From positions 3,259-67,258 of the forward strand of contig CAWAKU010000003.1 of the NCBI GenBank assembly GCA_963782715.1: a stretch of 64,000 bases of DNA. The letters are read 5' to 3'. The notes under the pieces are model-generated. The model was not told the DNA's origin. It made no database searches and worked only from the letters and a program-made list of their open reading frames with translations. Source of the DNA: an uncultured Chloroflexia bacterium (GTDB lineage Bacteria; Chloroflexota; Limnocylindria; Limnocylindrales; CSP1-4). Shown one piece after another: positions 18,662-27,616 of this stretch; positions within the stretch are counted from its first letter, which is position 1, and the number at the start of each line of letters is the position of its first letter. The position numbers were made by a program, and so were the translations under genes.

Positions 18662-19208
18662 TCAGCCCGCGGTGATGACCTCGTGCTCGGCATCGGCCAC
18701 GGTCACCTTGGTCTCCGCGACCCCTGCCACGACGTCCTCGACGACGGTCTCCACGTCCGCCTCCGTAGTCGGCGATGTCGGCATCCACCTCGAGCCGGTC
18801 GGCCGATGCGCCGGGATCCATCCGGGCACGGACGTCACGGACCGTCCGGCCGGCACGCTGCCGGACGGCCGGAGTCGCGATCAGTGCCGCGGTGGCCACA
18901 CCCGCGATGACGACGACGCCGGCAGCGACGGCCCAGCGCGTGCGGACGAGCGGGCGGGCTCGCGACCCGAACCGGCCGAGTGCCGTCACGCCGGCGACCG
19001 CGGGACCGAGGTCGATGGACCGCCAGTCGATGGCGGGCAGCCCGAACCGCCGCGGTCGAGCCTGGCGGCCGAATCGCGGGCGCTCGATCGAGGTGATGTC
19101 CATCGTCGGGAGTCGGAGCCCCGACAGTGAACTGATGATCTGGTCCCGGTCGATCTCGGGCAGGTGGAGCTCCGGCAAGCGGACCTCCTTGACGGGGAGC
19201 TCAGGCAT
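18662..19208 (-). pseudogene. hypothetical single-TM protein, +1 frame change near 18763-18770
   Basis: The ATG at 19208 is preceded by GGAGGAGG. The N-terminal part (MPELPVKEVRLPEL...RMDPGASADRLEVDADIAD) lies in ORF 18189..19352, and the C-terminal part (TEADVETVVEDVVAGVAETKVTVADAEHEVITAG) lies in ORF 18662..18856. The span is 547 nt (3n+1). Confidence 0.55.
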
Positions 19209-19375
19209 CTGACGTCCTCCTCCGTGCACGCGTGGATGGCCCGTCAAGGATACGCCCGAGAGCGCTACAGTATCGGTGTCGTCGCCCAGTCCGGGGCCGT
19301 CTAGCCACCATCGATCGGTGGCCGCCCGGAGGCGCTCGACGGGGGTCATCACATGCGAAACGTGAACGTCGGCCG

Positions 19376-20707
19376 ATGAGCCGACGTCGCACCATCGCCA
19401 TCGGGGCCGGAATCGCTGCGGCCGGTGCCGCGTTGGGTCGTCGGCGCCGAACGCGCGTCCCGACCGACCCGTTCGATCCGGATGCGATCCGGGCAGAGAC
19501 GGCGGCCGAACGGACCGCGGAGATCATCGGCCGCGAGAAGGTCACCCGAGCCGACGTGGCGAACACCTACGCGTCCGCGATCGCCACCTCGGTCGATCCC
19601 CTCCTCCACGGGCGACGCTACTTCCCGCGGATGCTCGACGATATCGCGGCGGCCACCGACCATGTCCATCTGTTGAACTATGGCTACAAGCCTGGCGACA
19701 TCGGGGAGAGCTTCCTGACGGCGCTCGCCGACAGGGTCTCTGCTGGCGTCGAGGTCCGCCTGGCGGTCGACGCCGTCGGAAGTGAGGTTGATTTCGGCAG
19801 CAAGGACCTCTACCGTCGCCTCCGTGAGGCGGGCGTCCAGGTCGTCGCCCACGACGGCATCATGGTCATGCGATCCGAGGCGATGGGCTCGCGCTCACTC
19901 CAGTTGCACGGACAGGATCTGCTCCACTTCGACCACCGCAAGATGATGGTCGTCGACGGCAAGGTCGGCTATGTGGGCGGCAGCGGGATCGAGGACCACT
20001 TCAACGACGAGCGGTTCTACGACGTCATGGTCCGGGTCGAAGGGCCGATCGTCGCCCAGCTGGCCGCGCTCTTCCTGATGAGCTGGCGTTACAACGACGG
20101 AGCATCCCCGGACGACCCCGAGCTCGCCCGCTACTTCCCGGTCGAAACCCTCAGGGTCGCCCCGGACGCGCCACTGCGGGCGCCGGCAACCGTCCTCTGG
20201 AACGTCCCGGGAACGGGACATCATCCGATCAGCGACACCATCGAGCGGGCCCTCGAGGACGCCGCCGAGGTGATCCACATCGTCAACCCGTACATCTCGA
20301 ACCGGGCGATCCTGGAAGGCATCCACGCCGCGGCGCTGCGTGGCGTGAAGGTCCGGATCATCGCGCCCGGGAAGCCGACCCCGCCCTATCCGGCGGCCGC
20401 CTTCCGGCATTGGTACGGCACGCTCATGGACGCGGGTGTCGAGATCATGCTGCACCCGGATATGGCCCACGCCAAGGTCCTGCGCATCGATCACCAGGTC
20501 CTGATCGGCAGCTGCAACCTGGACGACCTGTCGCTCTTCCGGAACGACGAGCTCAGCCTGCAGTTCACGGACCCGGTCGTCGCCGACCTGACAGAGCGGA
20601 ACATCTTCGAACCGCTGCTCGAGATGTCAAATCCCGCCGTGGCCCCGACCGCACCGAAGGACCGCGCCTGGAACGCCGCGATGGATCGCGTGTCGCGCTT
20701 CCTGTAG
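19376..20707 (+). CDS. phospholipase D / cardiolipin-synthase-like protein (two HKD motifs)
   Basis: Starts at an internal ATG (MSRRRTIAIGAGIAAAGAAL, N-terminal TM). The HKD motifs are HFDHRKMMVVDGKVGYVGGSG and HAKVLRIDHQVLIGSCN. Confidence 0.85.
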   Translation: MSRRRTIAIGAGIAAAGAALGRRRRTRVPTDPFDPDAIRAETAAERTAEIIGREKVTRADVANTYASAIATSVDPLLHGRRYFPRMLDDIAAATDHVHLLNYGYKPGDIGESFLTALADRVSAGVEVRLAVDAVGSEVDFGSKDLYRRLREAGVQVVAHDGIMVMRSEAMGSRSLQLHGQDLLHFDHRKMMVVDGKVGYVGGSGIEDHFNDERFYDVMVRVEGPIVAQLAALFLMSWRYNDGASPDDPELARYFPVETLRVAPDAPLRAPATVLWNVPGTGHHPISDTIERALEDAAEVIHIVNPYISNRAILEGIHAAALRGVKVRIIAPGKPTPPYPAAAFRHWYGTLMDAGVEIMLHPDMAHAKVLRIDHQVLIGSCNLDDLSLFRNDELSLQFTDPVVADLTERNIFEPLLEMSNPAVAPTAPKDRAWNAAMDRVSRFL

Positions 20708-20763
20708 TCGCGGGTGACCCTAGCGTTGCATACTTGTCGACCCACATGAATGAGGAGCCCAGC

Positions 20764-21186
20764 ATGAGCATCGGACCCGTCGAGTACATCGCCATCGCGT
20801 TCCCAGGGAACAAGTTCTCCGGCGCGATCATCCCGGCCATCAAGGACCTCCAGGACTCCGGCACGATCCGTGTCCTCGACCTGGTGATCATCTCCAAGGA
20901 TGGCGACGGCAACGTGACCGCGGTCGAGTTGTCCGAGGCGAGCCCGGAGGAGCAGGCCACGCTCGCCGCCCTTGGAGTCCAGACCCGGAACCTCCTCGGC
21001 CAGGAGGACTTCGAGGACATCGGCGAGGCGCTCGATCCGAACTCGACAGCCGGGCTGATGATCTGGGAGAACGTCTGGGCGGCCCGGTTCGCCAAGTCGC
21101 TCCGGGATGCCGACGGGATCCTCATCGCCAACGGCCGCATCCCGGCCGCCCTCGTCGAAGAGATCATGGCCGAGTCGGTCTCCTGA
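20764..21186 (+). CDS. DUF1269-related soluble protein (DUF6325-like)
   Basis: The ATG at 20764 follows a GAGGAG Shine-Dalgarno sequence. The 140-aa product (IGPVEYIAIAFPGNKF...VLDLVIISKDGDGNV) resembles the soluble domain of the 15178..15807 protein. Confidence 0.65.
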   Translation: MSIGPVEYIAIAFPGNKFSGAIIPAIKDLQDSGTIRVLDLVIISKDGDGNVTAVELSEASPEEQATLAALGVQTRNLLGQEDFEDIGEALDPNSTAGLMIWENVWAARFAKSLRDADGILIANGRIPAALVEEIMAESVS

Positions 21187-21226
21187 CCGTTCGAGCCTCA
21201 TCCATGAAGGAAAGGAGCTACTCACG

Positions 21227-21526
21227 ATGATGCGACGCAGAGGCGGCATCGTTCGAATGGCCGCGACCACCGCCGTCGTGGCGGGCACGGCCGGAGCCGT
21301 CAGCCACCATCAGCAACAGAAGTACTCCCAGCAGGACGCCCAGGCGGCCCAGCAGCAGGCGGCCGCGGCTCCGCCCCCGGAGGCCTACGCACCAGCTCCC
21401 GAGCCCGCAGCAGCGCCCGAGGATCCGCAGATGGCCCAGCTGCAGAACCTTGCTCAGCTGCACGCGCAGGGCATCCTGTCCGACGAGGAGTTCGCTGCCG
21501 CCAAGGCGAAGGCGCTCGGGATCTGA
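21227..21526 (+). CDS. SHOCT-domain protein with Gln/Ala/Pro-rich linker
   Basis: An AAGGAAAGGAG Shine-Dalgarno sequence precedes the ATG at 21227. The C-terminus LAQLHAQGILSDEEFAAAKAKALGI matches the SHOCT motif. Confidence 0.7.
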   Translation: MMRRRGGIVRMAATTAVVAGTAGAVSHHQQQKYSQQDAQAAQQQAAAAPPPEAYAPAPEPAAAPEDPQMAQLQNLAQLHAQGILSDEEFAAAKAKALGI

Positions 21527-23814
21527 CCTTCCGTCCACGAACTGACTCGCGACGGCGCGGGTCCGGCCTCGCTTCGGCGGGTGACCGGCCCGCGCCGATC
21601 CATGTCCGGCCTCGGGCGGGTCAGCCGCTCAGGATGACGGGCTGGGTTTCGGGTCGATTTCGGGCCCGGCTCGGATCCCGGCGGGTCCGGGGAGTCGCTG
21701 TCCGGCGCGACGCCGGGGGTCGGCGGTGTCTGACCGAGGACCAGGAGGACGGACCGCCAGCTGGCCGCGATCAGACCAAGGACCGGCACGGCCAGGAACA
21801 TCCCGACGACGCCCGCCAGCTGTCCGCCGGCTGGGATCGCCAGCAGGACGATGGCCGGATGAAGGCTGACGGCCTTGCCGTAGACGAGCGGCGCGATGAT
21901 GCTGCCCTGGACGATATTGAACACGACCGTCCAGACGAGCATGATCACGATGTCCCTCGTGTCACCGACGGCGATGGTGATCAGCAGGGCGACGCCCGTC
22001 GCCAGGAAGCTCCCGATGTACGGGATGAACCCGAGGAAGAACGACAGGACCGCCACCGGGGCGGCGAGCGGCAGCCCGAGCACGACCATGATCACGAACT
22101 GGGTGCCCGCCCCGAAGGCCGACAGGACACCCGTGCTGATCATGTATCCGCCCAGGATCTCGACGGCGCGCGTCCCCGCCCGGGCGACGATGTCATGGCG
22201 CCAGCCGGGCAGGCCGCGGGTGAGCGCCGCCCAGCCGCGTGGGCCGTCGCGCAGGACGAAGAACGACAGGACCGCCGACAGCACGAGCCCGACGAACAGT
22301 GTCGTCAACCCGGTCACCACACCCTGGATCGTCGTCAGGATGCCGCCCCCGATCCCGCTGGCGACCGCGGACGGCCAATCGACGCCAGCCAGGACGGACG
22401 AGCCTTTCGTGCTCGTCGTGACGATCTCGGCGCCCTGCTTCGCGAGGACGATCACCGACAGCACGGTGAAGACGACCACCACAGCCCAGGCGACGACTGC
22501 GACGACGATCGACGCTCGTCCCCGTGTCCAGCCTCGGCGCGTGAGGATACCCACAGCCGGTAGCAGGGTCGCCGCCAGGATGATGGCGATCGTCATCGGA
22601 CCGACGACCAAGGGGACCGTGGCCGCGGCCTCGATCGCGAGCCAGGCCAGTCCGAGCACGATGAGCAGCCGCCAGCTCCACTGGGCCATGCGGTCGAGCC
22701 AGATGGGGACCTGCTCAAGACCCGGCACGTGCTCGCCCCTCTGCTCGGGCGCCTCGTTGAGGACCGATGCCGCGGCGCTCCAGACCGCTGGCAGGAACGC
22801 GGCGACAGGCACCGCGAGGAACAGGCCCACGATGCCGCCGAGGGCGAGGCCGGTCGGCAGCGCGATCAGGATGACCGCGGGATGGAGATTCACCGTCCTG
22901 CCGAAGAGGAGCGGCGAGAGGCGCCGGCGCTTGATCACGTTCGTTGCCCCGATCAGGCCCAGCAGGATGAGGACCGTGACGGCACCGCCGCTGGCGAACG
23001 CCAGCAGGACGAGGGTGAGCGTCGCCAGGAAGTTGCCCACGTAGGGAACGAAGCCGGCAAAGAAGACGAGGACCCCGAGCGGGCCTGCGAGCGGCACACC
23101 CAGGACGACCAGGAAGACGAAATCGGTCAGGCCATCCACGGCGGCGTTGACCGACGACCCTCTGAGGTAGCCGCCGACCTGGAGGAGGGTGTCGTGCCCG
23201 GCCTGCTCGAGCGTCGCTCGTCGCCACTCGCTGGCCGGCTGGAGGAGCCACGCCCAGGCCTTGTCCCCGTCCTGGAGCAGGAAGTAGAGGGTGAACAGGG
23301 ACAGCATGCCGATGGTCCCGAGCGTCGCGAGGGAGGCCGCGATGGCAGATGTCTCGGTCGACAGCCACGTCTGGAGCCCGGTCGCGATCGTGGCGACCAC
23401 ACCGGCGAGCTCGGGCGGGAGTGCGGAGTCGGTCAGGACGGATTGCAGATGCGCGATCGCAGCCTGGACCGCCTGCGCGACCTGGACCATGTATGGGACG
23501 ACCGCCAGCGCGATGAGGATCAGAGCAGCGAGGATGACCCCGACGCTGCCGAGCGTCCCGACCGCCGCCGCCTTGGATCGCGACCAGCCGCGCGCCCGCA
23601 GGTGCTGGATGTACGGCGAGCACGCCGCCGCGACGAGGATGGACACGATGACCGAGACGGTCGTCGTCGAGAGGGCGACGCCGATCGCGACGAGGAAGGC
23701 GCCCAGCGCAAGACTGACGAGGATGCGCCAGCCGACCGCCCCCAGCCAACGCAGCCAATCCGGAGCCAGGGGGTCATGCCGGCCAGCTTCGGGATCGAGG
23801 CGGGTCGCGTCCAC
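21454..23814 (-). CDS. tandem-duplicated AI-2E (PerM/UPF0118) family transporter fused into one 786-aa polypeptide; C-terminal ~60 aa probably spurious read-through
   Basis: There are two complete AI-2E-like halves, each ending in a ...G(K/R)xV(S/N)LHPA(I/V)(V/I)L(L/I)A(I/L)P block. The Arg-rich tail runs through the hairpin at 21554-21596 into the SHOCT gene. Confidence 0.8.
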   Translation of the reverse strand: MDATRLDPEAGRHDPLAPDWLRWLGAVGWRILVSLALGAFLVAIGVALSTTTVSVIVSILVAAACSPYIQHLRARGWSRSKAAAVGTLGSVGVILAALILIALAVVPYMVQVAQAVQAAIAHLQSVLTDSALPPELAGVVATIATGLQTWLSTETSAIAASLATLGTIGMLSLFTLYFLLQDGDKAWAWLLQPASEWRRATLEQAGHDTLLQVGGYLRGSSVNAAVDGLTDFVFLVVLGVPLAGPLGVLVFFAGFVPYVGNFLATLTLVLLAFASGGAVTVLILLGLIGATNVIKRRRLSPLLFGRTVNLHPAVILIALPTGLALGGIVGLFLAVPVAAFLPAVWSAAASVLNEAPEQRGEHVPGLEQVPIWLDRMAQWSWRLLIVLGLAWLAIEAAATVPLVVGPMTIAIILAATLLPAVGILTRRGWTRGRASIVVAVVAWAVVVVFTVLSVIVLAKQGAEIVTTSTKGSSVLAGVDWPSAVASGIGGGILTTIQGVVTGLTTLFVGLVLSAVLSFFVLRDGPRGWAALTRGLPGWRHDIVARAGTRAVEILGGYMISTGVLSAFGAGTQFVIMVVLGLPLAAPVAVLSFFLGFIPYIGSFLATGVALLITIAVGDTRDIVIMLVWTVVFNIVQGSIIAPLVYGKAVSLHPAIVLLAIPAGGQLAGVVGMFLAVPVLGLIAASWRSVLLVLGQTPPTPGVAPDSDSPDPPGSEPGPKSTRNPARHPERLTRPRPDMDRRGPVTRRSEAGPAPSRVSSWTEGQIPSAFALAAANSSSDRMPCACS
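21554..21596. terminator. GC-rich hairpin (12 bp with one bulge) just downstream of the SHOCT gene
   Basis: GGCGCGGGTCCGG (21554-21566) pairs with CCGGCCCGCGCC (21585-21596). It is placed to act as a bidirectional terminator for the convergent genes. Confidence 0.4.
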
Positions 23815-23851
23815 CCGCGCATCTTAGGTCATGGCCGAGGCCCGACTGAGG

Positions 23852-26800
23852 TCAGGTCGCGGTTCCTCCCTCGGCGGCTGCGCGTGCCGGCCTCCCGCCA
23901 CCGAACCGCCTGGCGACTCGGACCTTGAGGCCGTCCACCAGCGAGTACACGACCGGGATCACGAGCAGGGTCAGGAATGTCGAGCTGAACAGGCCGCCGA
24001 TGACCACCGTGCCGAGCTCCGCCGCGATGATCGAACCCTGGTTGAAGCCCGCGGCCAGCGGGATCAGGGCCAGGATCGTCGCGATGGCGGTCATCAGGAT
24101 CGGCCGCACACGGGTCCGGCCGCCTTCGACCAGCGCGTCGTGGGTCGAGTAGCCCTCGGAGCGCAATCGCTCGACGAGGTCGAGTAAGACGATCGCGTTG
24201 GTGACCACGATGCCGATGAGCATCAGGAAGCCGATGAGCGCGCTGACTCCGATCGGACGTCCGGTGATGTACAGCGCCGGGAATGCCCCGATGGTCGCCA
24301 GCGGCAGGGTGAACAGGATGATGAACGGGGTCACCAGGGAGTTGAAGGTCAGCACCATCATCACGTAGACGAGCAGGATGGCCACGCCCATCGACGCGAA
24401 CAGGCCGCCGAATGCCTCGCTCTGCTGCTGGCTGACGCCGGCGAGTTCCGCGGTCGTGCCGGCCGGGAAGGCCCCTGCAGCCGCGAGTGAGTCAAGGTCG
24501 GTCTGGACCGATTTGGACACGGCGCCGGTGTCGTCGCCGGCGATCTCGGCGGTGATCGAGGAAGCCGGCCGCTGGTCGATGCGCGTGATCGTCCCCTGGA
24601 CTTCGACCTGCTCGACCGTGGCGATGGTCTGCAGGGGTACCGTCGCGACGGTGCCGACAGGGAGGACCTTGAGGTCATCCACGGAGGCAACGGCCGCGGG
24701 GTCGAGCTGCACGATGACCTGGACGGTCTGGCCGTCAGCCGACTGGATGGAGGTCGCTGGCTGGGCGACGAGCGCGGCACGGACCTGGCCGGCGACCTGG
24801 GCCGCGGTCATCCCGACCGTGATGGCCTTGTTCGGATCGACCGTGACCTGGACCTCGGGCGTGGCCTTGATCAGGTTGCTCTTGAGGTTGACGAGATCGG
24901 GCTGGTCGGCGAGTGACGCCATGATCGCGGTCGTGGCGGTGTCGACGTCGGCCTTGGTCTGGCCGGTCACGACAACGTTGAGCCCGCCAGCGCTGAACCC
25001 GCCGGTCGACACCGTCGCGTCGTAGCCGTCCGTCCGGACCGGTTCGAGGGCGGTCGCGATGCGGGCAGACGCGGCATCGACATCGGTGCCGTGCTTGAGC
25101 TTGACGGTCATCGTCGCGCTGTTGGCAGCGCGACCCTGGAGAGCGGACTGGAAGACCTGCGAGCTCGTTTCGCCCTCCGCCGGGATGCTCGTCTGGACCA
25201 GCTCGACCTCCGGGTCGGCCAGCAGGATCGTCTCGGCCTGGATCGTTCGCTCGAGGACCGCCGCCGAGGTCGCGCCGGTCGGCGGGGAGACGGTGACGAT
25301 GAGCGTCGCCTCGGAACCGGCGTTGATGAACTGCGTCGGCAGCAACGGCGCGAGGGCTGCCGACGCGAAGAACAGGAGCGTGGCCACAGCCACGACGCCC
25401 AGCTTCGTGGCCCGGCCGCGGAGCGCGAACTTGATGGTCGGCGTGTACGCCCGGACCCAGATGGAGCGGGTCGGTTCGCCGCTCTCGTCGACCGCGACGC
25501 GGACGTCGCGGATGAGGAAGAAGGCGAGGACCGGGACGACGGTCAGGGCGCACACCAGCGACGCGAGCAGGGCGAACGTGACGGTCAGGGCGAATGGCAG
25601 GAAGAACTGCGAGACGAGGCCGCCGACGAAGCCGAGCGGCAGGAACACGGCGACCGTCGTCAGGGTGCTCGCGGTGATCGCCCCGGCGACCTCGCGTGGG
25701 CCGTTGATGGACGCGGTCATCCGGTCCTCGCCCAGCGAGCGGTGCCGGTAGATGTTCTCGAGGACGACGATCGCGTCGTCCACCACCCGTCCGACCGCGA
25801 CCGCCAGGCCGCCCAGGGTCATGATGTTGATGGTCACCCCGGTCAGCTGCATGATCACCAGCGCGGTCAGGATCGACAGCGGGATGCTGATCGCCGCGAC
25901 GACCGTGGCCCGGATGCTGAACAGGAACAGGAAGATGGTCAGGATCGCGAAGATCGCGCCGAGGCCACCTTCACGGACGAGTCCGTTGGCCGATTCCTTG
26001 ATGAAGACGGACAGGTCGGCGACCGTGGTGATGGTCAGCTGATCCGTGTGGCGCGCGCCGATCTCGGCCAGCTTGGCCTGGACCGCGTCGGCCACCTCGA
26101 CCGTGTTCGCGTTGGACTGCTTCGAGACGGTGACGGTCAGTGCCTGGTCGCCGTTGGTCCGCCCGAAGCCGGTCGTCGCAACGAGCTCGGTCCCGACGGT
26201 GCCGAGGTCGCCGATGGTGATCGGCGTCGGGATGAAGGGTGCCGCCGAGGCGTCAGGGGCGACCGAAGGCGCGATCTGTGGCGCCTGCTTCGTGAACCCG
26301 ACGACGAGTCCCTTGATCTCCGCCTCGGAGGCGAGCGTGCCGATGGTCGACACCGGCACCTTCGCGCCGTCGGTCGGGATCTGGCCCGACGGGACGGTCA
26401 GGTTGTTGGCCTGGAGGATCCCGACGACCTGCTGGCTGCTGATGCCCGCGGCGGCCATCTTCTTCGGGTCGAGCGTGACGAAGAGGCGCTGCTCGAGGCC
26501 GCCGGTCAGGTCGACCCGCGCGACGCCGTCGATGGCTTCGAGCTCGGGGACGATCTCGCGCCGGGCGATCTCGCCGACGGCGGCCAAGTCGCCGGTCCCG
26601 GTCGAGGCGATCGACGAGACGACGACCGGCGACGCGTTGATGTTGAGCGCCTGGACGGTCGGGGTCGCGGTCGCCGGCAGGTGAGCCTTGTTGATCGCGT
26701 CGGTGATGGCGGCCGTCGTGTCCTTGACGTTGGTGCCGTACGAGAACTGGGCGACGACCAGCGAGATCGAGTTCGACGATGTCGACTGGACCTGCTCGAG

Positions 26801-27031
26801 ACGAGCGACGCCGCTGACGGCGTTCTCGATCGGCTTGGTCACCTGCTCGGTGACGTCGGACGAACCGGCGCCGGGAAACGGCGTGACGATCGTGATGATC
26901 GGGAAGTCGATGTCCGGCAGCAGCTCCTGCTTGAGGCTGCCCCAGGCCGATAGCCCGGCGAAGAACAGGGCGCCGGCGAACAGGAGCGTGACGCTCCGCT
27001 TGCTGAGGGCGATTCGGCTGAGGCGACTCAC
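23852..27031 (-). CDS. RND superfamily efflux transporter permease (AcrB/HAE-type)
   Basis: 1059 aa with 12-TM RND architecture and two large periplasmic loops. The GTG start overlaps the MarR stop (GTGA). Confidence 0.9.
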   Translation of the reverse strand: MSRLSRIALSKRSVTLLFAGALFFAGLSAWGSLKQELLPDIDFPIITIVTPFPGAGSSDVTEQVTKPIENAVSGVARLEQVQSTSSNSISLVVAQFSYGTNVKDTTAAITDAINKAHLPATATPTVQALNINASPVVVSSIASTGTGDLAAVGEIARREIVPELEAIDGVARVDLTGGLEQRLFVTLDPKKMAAAGISSQQVVGILQANNLTVPSGQIPTDGAKVPVSTIGTLASEAEIKGLVVGFTKQAPQIAPSVAPDASAAPFIPTPITIGDLGTVGTELVATTGFGRTNGDQALTVTVSKQSNANTVEVADAVQAKLAEIGARHTDQLTITTVADLSVFIKESANGLVREGGLGAIFAILTIFLFLFSIRATVVAAISIPLSILTALVIMQLTGVTINIMTLGGLAVAVGRVVDDAIVVLENIYRHRSLGEDRMTASINGPREVAGAITASTLTTVAVFLPLGFVGGLVSQFFLPFALTVTFALLASLVCALTVVPVLAFFLIRDVRVAVDESGEPTRSIWVRAYTPTIKFALRGRATKLGVVAVATLLFFASAALAPLLPTQFINAGSEATLIVTVSPPTGATSAAVLERTIQAETILLADPEVELVQTSIPAEGETSSQVFQSALQGRAANSATMTVKLKHGTDVDAASARIATALEPVRTDGYDATVSTGGFSAGGLNVVVTGQTKADVDTATTAIMASLADQPDLVNLKSNLIKATPEVQVTVDPNKAITVGMTAAQVAGQVRAALVAQPATSIQSADGQTVQVIVQLDPAAVASVDDLKVLPVGTVATVPLQTIATVEQVEVQGTITRIDQRPASSITAEIAGDDTGAVSKSVQTDLDSLAAAGAFPAGTTAELAGVSQQQSEAFGGLFASMGVAILLVYVMMVLTFNSLVTPFIILFTLPLATIGAFPALYITGRPIGVSALIGFLMLIGIVVTNAIVLLDLVERLRSEGYSTHDALVEGGRTRVRPILMTAIATILALIPLAAGFNQGSIIAAELGTVVIGGLFSSTFLTLLVIPVVYSLVDGLKVRVARRFGGGRPARAAAEGGTAT

Positions 27032-27564
27032 GTTCGGTGCTCCCCTTGTCGATCGGTGGATTGACTGTCGGTGGTGGCGCCCCGGTCGATGGCGCGATGG
27101 AAGATCTCGAGTGACTGGTCGACGATCGCGAGCTCGGCGGCGTCGAGCCGACCGAGCAGCTCTCGCAGCTGTCGCTGGTTGAGCTCGCGGAACCGCTCGA
27201 GCAACGCCACCGCGGCGGGCGTGACCGTGATCACGACCTGGCGCCGGTTGTCCGGATCATCGGCGCGATGCAGCAGCTCGAGCTCGACCAGGCGCTCGAC
27301 GATCTCGCTGGCCGACGACGTGCCGATGCCGAGCCGGCCGGCGAGCTCGGTCATGCGCAGGCGGCCGGCGGCCATGACGACGTACAGCACCTTGGCCTGG
27401 GCCATGGTGACCCCGACCTCGGTGAACTCGGGGGCGTGCCCGCCGATGAGCCGCTGCATCATCTGGTCGTACCGTTCGAGGACGGCATCGATGGCGGCCG
27501 CGGTCGGCCGTCGGTTCGTGTCGGATGGAATGTTCGGTAACTCCGTACTATTCGGTCTGCCCAT
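27028..27564 (-). CDS. MarR family transcriptional regulator
   Basis: The internal ATG at 27564 gives 178 aa with a winged-HTH block (LRMTELAGRLGIGTSSASEIVERLVELELLHRADDPDNRRQVVITVT). The upstream part of ORF 27028..27783 is Arg/Ser-rich read-through. Confidence 0.8.
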   Translation of the reverse strand: MGRPNSTELPNIPSDTNRRPTAAAIDAVLERYDQMMQRLIGGHAPEFTEVGVTMAQAKVLYVVMAAGRLRMTELAGRLGIGTSSASEIVERLVELELLHRADDPDNRRQVVITVTPAAVALLERFRELNQRQLRELLGRLDAAELAIVDQSLEIFHRAIDRGATTDSQSTDRQGEHRT

Positions 27565-27568
27565 ACTA
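27533..27568. promoter_or_regulatory. tandem 18-nt direct repeat TTCGGT-N7-TACTA in the AT-rich MarR 5' region (candidate operator)
   Basis: The repeats are ttcggtaactccgtacta and ttcggtctgcccatacta, matching at 13 of 18 positions. They are adjacent, and the second covers the proposed MarR ATG. Confidence 0.25.
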
Positions 27569-27616
27569 CATCGGTCGCCGAGCCGGCGCGGATGGGTCCC
27601 TCGTACCATCGACGCC

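Noticed and set aside
27071-27616. The N-terminal 182 aa of ORF 27071..28918. Similar long N-terminal extensions occur in ORFs 29154..30401, 44537..45973, 19232..20707, 39186..40055 and 20410..21186.
   Set aside because: The extensions overlap upstream genes on the other strand and are low-complexity. Internal starts with Shine-Dalgarno-like sequences or start/stop coupling give proteins of family-typical length.
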